A DNA stretch of 64,000 nt from Myxococcota bacterium (GTDB taxonomy: Bacteria; Myxococcota_A; SURF-8; G963663525): positions 160,001 through 224,000 of the forward strand of contig CAXXVK010000072.1 in NCBI GenBank assembly GCA_963676915.2. Reading direction: 5' to 3'. The notes below the pieces were generated by a model. The model was given only the letters and a program-made list of their open reading frames with translations. It did no database searches and was not told the DNA's origin. Positions 41,213 through 51,948 of this stretch are shown here, one piece after another; position 1 is the first letter of the stretch; each line of letters opens with the position of its first letter. Both the position numbers and the translations under genes were made by a program.

Positions 41213-41938
41213 TCACTCCTCCCCGAATCCTTCTTCGAACAAACGGCAGACTTCTTTGAGCATGGCGGATGCTTCGGGGCCGGATGCTCTGAGCAACAGT
41301 TTCGTTCCTTTGGAGGCAGCCAGCATCATCACGCTGGTGATCGATTTGCCGCTGACTTCCATGCCGTCTCTTTCCAACGTGAGAGTGCTTTCGTAACGAT
41401 TGGCAACGTTGACGAGCTTTGCAGAGGCCGAGGCATGCAATCCCAACGTGTTGATGACTTCCACCTGTCGTTCTAGTACTTCCTTTTCATTCATCACATT
41501 TTCGTCATCCTGAACGATGCTCGTGCTCCCGATAGGATCGGCAAAGTTTATACCGCTGATGCTTTCGATGGCCGAGCATCCGGCTTCGGCGGCAATTTTT
41601 GCCAATTCTCCAGGATTCAATTTTTTTCGATTTGACTCGAAAATTTTGATCAACATCGCCAGGTTGATGCCTGTAACCATAGCGTTTCGAGTCTGGTTGA
41701 GCATCGTACGAGCCACGTTGGCAGGGGTTCCGCCGTAGATGTCCACAAGAAAAAGGACGCCTTGACCTTTGTCCACTTCTTTGACCGCTTGAAGGGCATC
41801 TTTACGCAAGGTTGCAAAATCGGTATCCACCTGCTGCGAGAGTACACGAACGCCTGCTTGTGTTCCACAGAGGCGTTGAGCCGTCTCCAATAACGTGTCT
41901 CCCAGGTTCAAATGGGTCAGCAGGATCACTCCGACCAT
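41213..41938 (-). CDS. EIIA-Man-like domain fused to HPr
   Basis: LLTH...VDIYGGTPAN...GINLAM, then NTLGLHASAS...GKSITSVMML. Confidence 0.8.
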   Translation of the reverse strand: MVGVILLTHLNLGDTLLETAQRLCGTQAGVRVLSQQVDTDFATLRKDALQAVKEVDKGQGVLFLVDIYGGTPANVARTMLNQTRNAMVTGINLAMLIKIFESNRKKLNPGELAKIAAEAGCSAIESISGINFADPIGSTSIVQDDENVMNEKEVLERQVEVINTLGLHASASAKLVNVANRYESTLTLERDGMEVSGKSITSVMMLAASKGTKLLLRASGPEASAMLKEVCRLFEEGFGEE

Positions 41939-41966
41939 GTTTTTGGGCTCCCTTCCACGAGACGAA

Positions 41967-42869
41967 TCAGCGCTCGATATCCCGATGTCGAAGCAGGACG
42001 GGATAGGATTCCCCGAATTGTTTCAACCGTTTCTCGATTTCGATGGCCAGGGCGACCGAACGATGTCTTCCACCCGTACAGCCGATGGCTACCGTAAGGT
42101 AGGCTTTTCCTTCCTGGCGGTATTGCGGCAAGCTGAATTTCAACAGCTCCGTAACCAGTTCGATGAATTTTTTCGCCGGGTCGGTCGTTAGGACATATTC
42201 CGAAACTTCCCGGTTTTCCCCAGTTTTGTCTCGTAATTCGGGAACGAAATAGGGGTTTGGCAAAAAACGGACGTCAAAAACGAGATCGGCGTGAAGAGGC
42301 AGACCATACTTGAATCCGAACGACAATACCGTTACCTGGGGACTTACTCTCTCTTCAGCCCAGGAGTCGGTGAGGTCGAAAATACGTGCCCGCAGTTCGT
42401 GAACGTTCGAATGGGAGGAATCGATCACCGCCGTGGCATCGTCTCGAAGCGGCTCCATCATGCGGCGTTCTTCTTTCAATGCGGAAAGAATATCGCCTTC
42501 GGAGGCCAGAGGATGAGGCCGCCGGGTTTCGGAAAAACGCTGAATCAGAACGTTTTCGTTCGCTTCGATAAAGATGATTTCAAGACCGATTCCCTGTTCT
42601 GCAAGGTCTTTTTTAATCGATTCGTATTGCGTGTCGAGGTGAACGTCCCGGCAATCCACACCCAACACCACTTTTTTCGGTGGGACGAAGCCGGAAACAT
42701 CGGGTTCCAGTCCGCTGAATACCTGAATGAGGCTCGGAATCATGATGATCGGCATGTTGTCGATGCAAAAGGCATCGCGATCTTTATACGCCTTGATCAC
42801 AGTGGTTTTACCGGAGCCGGAAAGCCCGGTGACGATGGTTATGGTTTTCAGCCATTCCCTGTCGCTCAT
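41967..42869 (-). CDS. rapZ: RNase adapter RapZ / YvcJ P-loop protein
   Basis: TGLSGSGKT, ETRRPHP, SFGFKYG, DVRFLPNP, GCTGGRHRSV. Confidence 0.95.
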   Translation of the reverse strand: MSDREWLKTITIVTGLSGSGKTTVIKAYKDRDAFCIDNMPIIMIPSLIQVFSGLEPDVSGFVPPKKVVLGVDCRDVHLDTQYESIKKDLAEQGIGLEIIFIEANENVLIQRFSETRRPHPLASEGDILSALKEERRMMEPLRDDATAVIDSSHSNVHELRARIFDLTDSWAEERVSPQVTVLSFGFKYGLPLHADLVFDVRFLPNPYFVPELRDKTGENREVSEYVLTTDPAKKFIELVTELLKFSLPQYRQEGKAYLTVAIGCTGGRHRSVALAIEIEKRLKQFGESYPVLLRHRDIER

Positions 42870-43333
42870 GGTTCTTCCTTCCGATTTTGCTGGATCATCA
42901 GGTTCCAGATGTCTTCGGAGTTTTCGGCTTGCATCACGCTTTCACGAAAGGAACGATGACGGCACATTTTTGAAATTGTCGCCAGCGCCTTGAGATGGTC
43001 TGTCGTTGCCTGACTCGGCGCGACGATCAGGAAAAAAATATGAGAAGGTTTTCCGTCGATAGCTTGAAATTCCACCCCTTGCGAACTTCTCGCAAAGCAG
43101 CAGCGGAGTCGGTCGAGTCCTTCGATTTTGCAGTGAGGGACGGCCACGCCGTTTTCGATTCCCGTACTCCCCAGTTTTTCACGATCGAGAATGTTTCGGA
43201 TAATCGTCTCGCGGTTGAGTTCCGGATAACATTGGAGCAATAAATCGACCAGTTCCCGAATTGCCGGTATTTTTTCACTTGCAGCCAGATCCGTAAAAAT
43301 CGCTTCTGCTGAAAGTACCTCTTCGATCCTCAT
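42866..43333 (-). CDS. ptsN: PTS EIIA-Ntr
   Basis: REKLGSTGIENGVAVPH, HLKALA. Confidence 0.9.
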   Translation of the reverse strand: MRIEEVLSAEAIFTDLAASEKIPAIRELVDLLLQCYPELNRETIIRNILDREKLGSTGIENGVAVPHCKIEGLDRLRCCFARSSQGVEFQAIDGKPSHIFFLIVAPSQATTDHLKALATISKMCRHRSFRESVMQAENSEDIWNLMIQQNRKEEP

Positions 43334-43403
43334 TCTATCGATACTCCTCGGTCTTTGTTGGCGACCGTGCCTTCACTTGGGGTTCAGGTGTTCGTTTGCG
43401 GGA

Positions 43404-44975
43404 TCAGTAGCTCTTTTTTCGTCCGGAAGAGGATAGAATTCCCAGCATTTCCCGGTACTTGGCCACGGTACGTCTGGCGACGTTGATTCCTTCTTCTTTG
43501 AGAATATTGACGATTTTCTGATCGGAAAGCGGCTTTTTGGGATTTTCCCGGTCGATCAGATCTTTGATACGATTTTTTATTGTTTCCGAGGCGATGCCTT
43601 CGCCCTCGCTATTGGTGATTCCGCTGTTAAAGAAATATTTTAGCTCGAAAATACCTTGCGGCGTATGAACGTATTTTCCGGTGGTAACGCGGCTGACGGT
43701 GCATTCGTGCATACCGATGTCTTCTGCGATGTCCCGTAAAATCATGGGTTTGAGATTTTCGACCCCCACATCGAAAAATCCGCGTTGGCGTTGGACGATT
43801 GCCTCGGTGACTTTGTATATGGTTCGTTGTCTCTGATGAATGGAACGAATCAGCCAGGAGGCCGAGCGAATCTTGTTTTTGATATAATCCTTGGTTTCCG
43901 AATTCTTGTGATTGTCTTTCAAGGATTGCTGATAGGCGTTGCTGATGCGCAGCTTGGGTAGACCGTCTTCGTTCAGCAAAATGTGGTAATCGTCCCCGAC
44001 TTTGTATACGTAAATATCGGGAACGACGAACTGCGTCGGAGAATTGGAATAACGGTGGCCCGGTTTCGGGTCCATACCGGCAATCAGGCGAAGAACTTCG
44101 GCAATTTTATCTTGAGGTACTTTGCACGCTCTGGCGATTTTGTCCACCCTGCGTCGTTCGACGAGTTTCCAATGATCTCTGAGCACGCGGGAAACCAGCG
44201 GGTTGGGCGGATCGAGAAAACGAGCCTGGGCCAGAAGGCATTCTTGAAGGTCGCGAGCGCCCGAACCGTAAGGATCAAACATCAAAATACGTTTGTGGAC
44301 GATTTCCACGTCCGACATGTCGAAATCGTTTTGATGGGCGATATCTTCCAGGCTGATGCTTTTGACGCGACCTTTGGCGTCTTTGTATCCCAGGTAGCCA
44401 TCGTCGTCGATGTTTCCGATGATTTGCTCGCCGATGGCGATTTCCTCGTCGGAAGAGCGTGAAAACCGAAGTTGCCACATCAGGTAATCGTGAAGAGAAT
44501 TGTCCTGGGCCATCATCGACTCGAAACCCGGTCGGTCCTCTCCTCCCGTGTCACGGGGGGTGATGTCGGACGGTCCGGCCATGTAGTCGAAATACTTGTC
44601 CCAATCCGTATCGGGATCTTTCGTGCGTTCGGTCCCGGTTTCGGCGTTGGCAGCAAAATCTTCCCGCAATTTCTCTTCGGCGTCTCGTGCGGGTTCTTCC
44701 ATTTTGAGAAGATCGTTGGCGACATATTCATCGCCGGATGTCTCCCCCTGGACGGATTCGGGCTTTTCTCCGTCACTTTCGTTTTCGGGAAGGCTGGAAA
44801 TTTCCTCAAAAGAGGATTCTTCCAGTGTTGGATTTTCTACAAGTTCCTTCTGAACCACCTGCTGCAACTCTATCGTGTTGAGTTGTAGTAATTTGATGGC
44901 CAGTTGCAACTGAGGTGTCATCACCAGTTGCTGGGTAAGTTTTAGGCTTTGCTCAAGTTTTAACCCGATGGACAT
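43404..44975 (-). CDS. rpoN: RNA polymerase sigma-54
   Basis: QLVMTPQLQLAIKLLQL and the RpoN box ARRTVAKYRE. Confidence 0.97.
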   Translation of the reverse strand: MSIGLKLEQSLKLTQQLVMTPQLQLAIKLLQLNTIELQQVVQKELVENPTLEESSFEEISSLPENESDGEKPESVQGETSGDEYVANDLLKMEEPARDAEEKLREDFAANAETGTERTKDPDTDWDKYFDYMAGPSDITPRDTGGEDRPGFESMMAQDNSLHDYLMWQLRFSRSSDEEIAIGEQIIGNIDDDGYLGYKDAKGRVKSISLEDIAHQNDFDMSDVEIVHKRILMFDPYGSGARDLQECLLAQARFLDPPNPLVSRVLRDHWKLVERRRVDKIARACKVPQDKIAEVLRLIAGMDPKPGHRYSNSPTQFVVPDIYVYKVGDDYHILLNEDGLPKLRISNAYQQSLKDNHKNSETKDYIKNKIRSASWLIRSIHQRQRTIYKVTEAIVQRQRGFFDVGVENLKPMILRDIAEDIGMHECTVSRVTTGKYVHTPQGIFELKYFFNSGITNSEGEGIASETIKNRIKDLIDRENPKKPLSDQKIVNILKEEGINVARRTVAKYREMLGILSSSGRKKSY

Positions 44976-45033
44976 GCCCCGATCTCTCCCGATCTTCTAT
45001 GAAATGACAAGTCTGCCATGATAAAAGACCCAT

Positions 45034-45049
45034 TGGCATTAAATTAGCA
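45034..45049 (+). promoter_or_regulatory. Sigma54-like -24/-12 site, oriented away from rpoN
   Basis: TGGCATTAAATTAGCA, which is GG-N10-GC, about 60 bp upstream of the rpoN start. Confidence 0.4.
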
Positions 45050-45440
45050 TGGCCTTGGGGGGACTGTCCAGTGAAAGTTGAGACAGGTTGTAACGAATAT
45101 GTTTCGAACAATAGAAAAATCCCCCGAAATTTCACCGGATTTTTCGAATGCGGTGTTTTTTACTAGAAGTCAACCTAAAAAAAACGACCGAGGATTTCGA
45201 GGTGATTTCGAGACGAATTCGTCGTTGGCGAGACGCGGAATACCGGGAGTCTTTTAAGTCGAGACCGGCGGCGAAGTCGACCGAAAGCATCCGAAAGTCG
45301 ACAGGAGTGTATTTTTAGGATGGCTTCTAAAAAGAATTCATTAAGAAAATGGAGAATTTTCAGGTGTTCCAAAGGAAATTGAGAAAGTCGTTGGAGGCAA
45401 ATTCACAACGGAGATGTTTTGGCTGACAAGTTCTTCAGGT

Positions 45441-45470
45441 TTGACGTCGGACCGATAAAAGGTGTAAAGT
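45441..45470 (+). promoter_or_regulatory. Possible sigma70 promoter
   Basis: TTGACG-N18-TAAAGT upstream of the ATG at 45498. Confidence 0.3.
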
Positions 45471-45497
45471 GAATCCGTAAGGAAATTGGAGGTACGA

Positions 45498-45707
45498 ATG
45501 TCTATTTCATTCGATGAATTGAAAGCTGAGGTCCGAAAGCTTCCTGTTGCGAATAAACGTGAGTTGCTCCTTGCGTTGATCGACGAACTGGATACGGATT
45601 CGGAAATTCTCAAAGCGCTTGATCTGGCGGAGACGAACGCAAAAACCAAAGAGATTTTTCAGTTTCACGCCGATGACGCGGATAGTTTTGAAATTGAGGA
45701 CGATTAA
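45498..45707 (+). CDS. Small acidic protein resembling addiction-module components
   Basis: GGAGG RBS; MSISFDELKAEVRKLPVANKRELLLALIDEL; followed by a hairpin and T-tract. Confidence 0.6.
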   Translation: MSISFDELKAEVRKLPVANKRELLLALIDELDTDSEILKALDLAETNAKTKEIFQFHADDADSFEIEDD

Positions 45708-45867
45708 TCCCCGTTGTTGAAGGGGGGGTTGCGATTTTTCGTATTTTTGGATAATATAACGTTTCCAGTGTAGCTTTTACGAAAAAAAACGGAATTATTT
45801 ACAACTTGCACGGCTTTTTATGTGGGGCGTCGTTTTTTTTCTAAACGAGGATCGGAAAGCGGTGGAA

Positions 45868-46416
45868 ATGGGTAAAATCGAGCGGGGATATTGGTTTTTT
45901 AAAAAAAACGACACGAAGAACAGGTCGAAACGTGCTTTCCAATACGGTGTGATGGTTTGGATTGTGGCCGGGCTTTTCTTTTCATGCGCCAGTAGCCCCT
46001 CTGTTGCGGATCGTACAGAAGACGCTGCGTCCTCCGCTACCCCCTGCCGGATGGAGAAATTATTCCATTGCCCACCAGGGTTGGATCAGTGCATTGAAAT
46101 TCCCTTAACGATTCCAGACGATTACACTGGCAACCGGGACGCCGAACTGATTCGCGTTTCTCACTGTCCTCCCGGTCATTCCATGTGTTACCAGATCGAA
46201 TTGGCTTCAGAGAAAAAACGTCATCCTTCCGATAAAACGTCTCGTCGTTTACAACGTTTGTTGCATTGTCCTCCTGCAAGTGACGATTGCGTAGAAATTC
46301 CGCTCCACGATTCCCTTTCGGATACGGCATCTAAACCTGAGTTGATGCGCCTTTTTCATTGTCCTCCATCCAGTGAAGAATGCTACGAAGTCGAATTGGA
46401 GCCCGATTGCCAATAG
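45868..46416 (+). CDS. Lipoprotein with four HCPPxxxxC repeats
   Basis: Lipobox FFSC; four Cys/His repeats. Confidence 0.65.
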   Translation: MGKIERGYWFFKKNDTKNRSKRAFQYGVMVWIVAGLFFSCASSPSVADRTEDAASSATPCRMEKLFHCPPGLDQCIEIPLTIPDDYTGNRDAELIRVSHCPPGHSMCYQIELASEKKRHPSDKTSRRLQRLLHCPPASDDCVEIPLHDSLSDTASKPELMRLFHCPPSSEECYEVELEPDCQ

Positions 46417-46450
46417 AGCCTTGTCGGAAATCACCTCGCGAGAAAGCATA

Positions 46451-46479
46451 GAACGGTTTGGGATCTTGAAAAACCGTTC
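46451..46479 (+). terminator. Intergenic hairpin
   Basis: GAACGGTTT...AAACCGTTC 9-bp inverted repeat. Confidence 0.3.
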
Positions 46480-46534
46480 GTGCAACTTAGACTATCCAAA
46501 GAAATTGGATGCGATGAAAACAGCGAGGTGAAGC

Positions 46535-47029
46535 ATGAACGAACAACCAACAATCGGTCGCAACAGTCACGTGACCTTTTCTTACCAGCTTTTCGATGAA
46601 AACGGCTTGCAGATCGATGCCAGCGGCAGTGACGAACCGTTGTCCTATATTCACGGGTACGATCTGTTGATTTCCGGTCTCGAAGAAAAGATGGACGGCA
46701 AACAGACGGGAGAAGAATTTACCGTAGCCCTCGACCCGGAAGATGCTTATGGTGAACGGGACGAAAGCCTGATCATGAAAGTCGAACGTACCGAAATTCC
46801 TGAGGAAGTCGATCTTCAAATGGGAGGAAGGTTCACGGCGATCAACGAACAGGGGGACCGGATGAACCTCGTCGTGCTCGACATTACTGACGAAGATGTC
46901 GTGCTTGATGCCAACCACCCTCTGGCCGGAAAAGCGATAACGTACAAAGTGAAAATCAAAAACGTTCGTCAAGCCACCGGTCAAGAATTGACCGCTTTAG
47001 GCGTGTCTCCCGACGGTAAAGTGCATTGA
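46535..47029 (+). CDS. slyD: FKBP-type peptidyl-prolyl isomerase SlyD (no His-rich tail)
   Basis: PLSYIHG, PEDAYGE, LDANHPLAGK, VRQAT. Confidence 0.92.
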   Translation: MNEQPTIGRNSHVTFSYQLFDENGLQIDASGSDEPLSYIHGYDLLISGLEEKMDGKQTGEEFTVALDPEDAYGERDESLIMKVERTEIPEEVDLQMGGRFTAINEQGDRMNLVVLDITDEDVVLDANHPLAGKAITYKVKIKNVRQATGQELTALGVSPDGKVH

Positions 47030-47413
47030 TCTGAAACGTTCGAGAGATTAATGCGAATTAGATTTCCGGGAGGTGAAAAACCGAATGGTCGTTTGACGAT
47101 CATTCGGTTTTTCTTTGAGCTTGTACGTCATGAATGGCAAGGAATTTGGAAAAGAAAAAAGAAGCATTTGTGTCGAAAAGTGCAGGAAATGCATGTTTTT
47201 TTTGCACTTGCGACGTCTTCGAGATACATTTAAGAAAAGCGTTTTATGACACTAGAGCAATAAGTAGTTTCTTTTTCGGGATTTGTCTTCAGAAAAAGCC
47301 TGAAGGTGACGATTTCTGTATTGTATAGGAATGCCCTATTTGAATAAGCGGTGGATCGTTTTTCACTTATGAAGAGTTCTTGATTCAGTGGACAGAAAAG
47401 GGAGGGAGAAGCC

Positions 47414-50400
47414 GTGCACGACCTGGAGAAAACTCGATCCCAGCTGATCGAAGAACTTCAAGCCGCCCATCGGAGAATCGCCGAGTTGGAAGCTCATATC
47501 TCCCCTTTCGAGGAAACAGATAAACGAAATTTGTCGGCTGGCAAGGTTGAACACCTTAATGCTGTGCTTCGCGCTATTCGTAACGTCAACCAGTTGATTG
47601 TACAAGAGGAATCACCCGATCATCTGATTCGTAACGCCTGCAATTGTCTTACGGAAACGCTTGGATATTACAATACGTGGATGGTTCGATTCGATCCGGT
47701 TGGGAACGTCATTTCCATGGCTCATTCGAACGTAGGCGAAGAATATTCACAGCTTGAAAAGAATATTTTGCATGGCGATTGGCCGGATTGCGCGAGAAAA
47801 GCATTTTCTCGCGAAGGTATCGTCATTACCAAAAATCCTGAAACCTCTTGTAAAAACTGCAACTTGTCTTCGCATTATCAACACAGAACAGGATATTGCG
47901 CGGCCCTTCGTTACGATGGAAAAACTTTCGGTCTTTTATCCGTTTCGGTGCCGGGACGTTTTGCCGAGGATGAGGAGGAACAATCTCTATTCAAAGAACT
48001 GGCCGACGATCTGGCTTTTGCTTTGTACCGCATCGATTTGGAAGAGAAAAACCGTCGGGACGAACCCAGGCTTCGGACACTGTTCGAACAAGCCGCGGAT
48101 GCTATTTATATCTGCACGCCGGAAGGTAAATTTCTGGAAGTCAACGAGAGAGCTTGCATACAGAGCGGGTATTCCAAAGATGAACTCCTTGAAATAAATG
48201 TTGTAGATCTGGATGCACGGATCGATGCTCCTTACAAATTGGCTGAATTCACTCAATCTCTAACAACCAGTTATCCAGTTACATTACAGTCCAGGCATCG
48301 CCGCAAAGATGGTTCGATCTATCCTGTGGAAATCACTATCTCAAGGATAGAAACTCCCGATGGAGATCAGGTTTTGGCAATCGCTCGCGATGTGTCCGAC
48401 AGGAACGAGGCGATTCAAGCCTATCAAGAAAGCGAAGAGCGATTCCGTACCGTGATCGAGAATCTCCCGGTAGCCTTGTTTGCCCACGATATGGACGGAA
48501 ACCTCGTGCTGGTCAACAAAACGGCTTGTCAAAGCACAGGTTATTCCTGTGAAGAAATGTTGAACAAAAAGGTACATGATCTCGACCCGGCAAGTGTGGA
48601 ACGTAAAGACAAAGAGCTGTATTGGCGCACTTCCGGATGAGTGGAAACCCACGGTTATCGAATCCAGGCAAGTATGCAAAGATGGAACATCCTTTCCCGT
48701 TGAAATCCACCTAAACGCGATTCGTTTGGATGGAAAGCCTTTGATTTTAGGGATTGCTTTCAATATTTCCGAACGGAAGCGTCTGGAAACAGAACGTGCA
48801 AACCGCGAGTTGTTCCTGAGTCGATTGATCGATCAAAGTCCCTTTGCTACCTGGATTGCGGATGAAAAAGGAACACTCATTCAAGCGAATCCGGCAATAA
48901 AACGATTTCTCAACCTTACCGACGAACAATTGGTAGGGAAATACAATATTTTCGAAGACCCTCAATTGAAGGAACAAGGGATTTCTCATTTAGTAGAGAG
49001 CGTTTTCACGAAAGGAGAAACCGTTCATTTCGAGATAACGTGGAATGGTGAGTTTATCGACAAACAAAAGTTTGCAGGTTCACGAACCGTTCATATCGAC
49101 GCAACGATGTACCCCGTTTTCGACTCTGCTGGTCAATTGACGCATGCGGTAGTTCAATGGGTCGAAATCACCGACAGAAAAAATGTCGAAAGGGCTTTAA
49201 AGGCGGCTCTGCACGAGCAAGAAGCCATTTTCGAGAGCAGCATGGTAGGAATCATGGTGCTTCACCATGATCGGATCATTACCAAGGTGAATCGTCGAAT
49301 GGCGGATATGCTGGGGTACACGCAAGAAGAGATGACGAATGTCAGCCCAAGGCCGTTCCATGTTTCTCACGAGCATTACGTTGATTTTGGCAAATCGTAT
49401 TATTGGCGGCTCGCCGAAAAAGAGCAGGTACAAATCGAATTTCCGTTTCGTCATAAAAATGGCAATACGGTGTGGTGTTTGTTCAGTGGCAAGGCTTTCG
49501 CTCCTCCCGATTTGAAAAAAGGCGTTGTATGGGTGATCGACGACATCACCGAACGTAAACGGATGCAGGACGAGTTAATCAAAAGGAATTCGGCAGCGAA
49601 ACAAGCTGAAATTCTTGCAGAAACCGGTTATTTCGAGCGGAACTGGCTGACGGGAAGAGGGTATTGGTCCGATGGTTTTTGCCGTTTGCTCGGTCTCGAT
49701 CCGGGGAACGTTCTCAATCATGATGACTTCATGGTTTTTATCCACGACGATGATCGGCAACGAACGGCAGATCATATCCAAGATTGTTTGGCTCATCATC
49801 AACCGATGGATGTGGAATTTCGCATCGTGCAAAAGCACGGAAAGATTCTGGATATTCACGGGATCGGAGAAACGGAATACGACGAAAAAGGACGCCCCTG
49901 GAAAACCCGAGGAACGTTCCAGAACATATCGAAGCGAAAAGGGGAAGAGGAAAAGCGCAAGAAGCTAGAGGAACAGCTTCGGCAATCGCAGAAAATGGAA
50001 TCCATCGGAAGACTTGCCGGTGGAATTGCTCATGATTTCAATAACTTGCTTACGGGTATCTCGGGAAATATCTCTTTGGCGCTAATGGATCTTGACATCG
50101 ACGATCCTGTGGTGGAGATGCTGGAAGAGATCGACCATGCTTCGCAGAGCGCAGCGGATCTGACGCGCCAGCTATTGGCCTTTTCCCGCAAGCAGATCAT
50201 CAAGCCGAAAAATCTCGATCTCAACAAGCAGATCGATACCATGCACAGGATGCTGGTACGGCTGATCGGTGAAGATATCGAACTGAAAACGATATTCGGG
50301 TCCGATGTGGGAACGATTAAAGCCGATCCGGGGCAATTGGAACAGATTCTTATCAATCTGGCCGTCAATGCTCGTGACGCGATGCCCAAAGGCGGTAAAA

Positions 50401-51149
50401 TGATCATTGAAACCGCCAATGCTTCTTTGGATCTGAAATATTGCATGATGAATCCGGATGTTGAGCCGGGTTCTTACGTCATGTTCGCGATTTCAGATAC
50501 CGGAGAAGGAATGGACGAAGACACACTTGCGAAAGTTTTCGATCCGTTTTTTACAACCAAACAGGAAGGTGAAGGCACCGGTTTGGGGTTGGCTACCGTG
50601 TATGGAATCATCAAGCAACACAACGGACATATCAGGGCGTATTCGGAAATAGGGCAGGGCACGACGTTTAGAGTCTATTTCCCAAGAGTGCTGGAACATG
50701 CAGAGGATTTCGTCCGGCAAACGTCTGCGGGGGATTTGCCCAAGGGAACGGAAACAGTTCTTGTGGTCGAAGATGAAACGATGGTGCGGAAAATTGCACT
50801 GAAAATTCTGAAACGACAGGGATATGAAGTGCTTGAAGCGGATTGTGGCGCAAATGCTTTGACGTTGGTAGAAAAGACCTCCAAGCACATCGATTTATTG
50901 ATGACGGATATCGTGATGCCGAAAATGAACGGTCGTGAGTTGGCCGAAAAACTGTGCAAGCGGCTTCCCGACCTGAAAGTCCTGTTTACCTCCGGGTATA
51001 CCGAGAACGTCATCGCCCATCATGGTGTGTTGGAAAAGGGACTCCATTTTATAGGAAAACCCTATACGCCTTTGGCTTTGGCCAAAAAAGTACGTCACGT
51101 ATTGGATCAGGAAAAAAATAGGGAAATCTGCAATAAAAAGAAAAAGTGA
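47414..51149 (+). CDS. Hybrid histidine kinase GAF-multiPAS-HisKA-HATPase-REC (CckA-like output), frameshifted at about 48628
   Basis: ORFs 47414-48640 and 48576-51149 split one PAS domain; QKMESIGRLAGGIAHDFNNLL, NARDAM, GTGLGL, C-terminal REC. Confidence 0.88.
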
Positions 51150-51194
51150 TCAACGTTCCTTCTACGGTTTGGCTTTCCCCAAAAGAGCAATCCC

Positions 51195-51935
51195 TTACCC
51201 TTTCAGGATGATAGCCGTTCCCGCGAACAAAAGAACGATATAAACCGCTGTTCGAAAATTTCGTTCGGGCAGGCGGTTGTGGACAGCTTCGCCGAGTAAA
51301 ATCCCGATGAGCAGAGCGGGAAGCAGTTTCATGCTCAACAGCGAGGTTTCCTGGTCGATTCGTCCCGCTGCCAGATGTCCGACGAACAGCACGATGTTCA
51401 AAATCAACCATACGGCGGCCAGAGTACTGCGGAAACGTCCCTTGGTCACGAGGGAACGGCTGGCCCAATAGGCGACCAACGGCCCGCCGGAAACCCACAA
51501 TCCCTGGGCAACTCCTCCGCCGACCAGCCAAAGCCACGAGGCGTCTTCTTCGGGTGTTTCCTGGGTGGTTCTGGAAGCTTTATAGATGCGCCATAGCTCG
51601 AAACCTGCAAGAAACAGGACGAAAACGCCGAAAAGAGGCTTCATCCAATCGGCGTTGGCATGTTCGAATAGCCAGATTCCGAGCGGCATTCCGAGCATGG
51701 ACAGGGGCAAAATTTGTTTCAAAAGGCGTTTGAAATCGATTCCTTGTCGATGGCGTCCGACGAGATAGATGCAGATGACGAGGTTTAGCGGGACAATCAC
51801 CGGAACCAGCAGTGAAAGGGGAAAGAACAACAGGCCGAAGGTCAGCGAAAGGATGGCGCTGCCGAATCCCACTGCCGTACCGACCATGTATCCCACCGTA
51901 ATCACGATGAAGAGAAAAAGATCTTCCAGTCCCAT
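51195..51935 (-). CDS. TauE/SafE (TSUP) family exporter
   Basis: GTAVGFGSA and SGGPLV repeats, about 8 TM segments; start MGLEDLF. Confidence 0.85.
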   Translation of the reverse strand: MGLEDLFLFIVITVGYMVGTAVGFGSAILSLTFGLLFFPLSLLVPVIVPLNLVICIYLVGRHRQGIDFKRLLKQILPLSMLGMPLGIWLFEHANADWMKPLFGVFVLFLAGFELWRIYKASRTTQETPEEDASWLWLVGGGVAQGLWVSGGPLVAYWASRSLVTKGRFRSTLAAVWLILNIVLFVGHLAAGRIDQETSLLSMKLLPALLIGILLGEAVHNRLPERNFRTAVYIVLLFAGTAIILKG

Positions 51936-51948
51936 TTGTGCCGTTCTT

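Noticed and set aside
47135-47150. Sigma54-like sites upstream of the hybrid kinase (and at about 60846 upstream of lepA)
   Set aside because: TGGCA is present but the -12 position is GG rather than GC; too weak.
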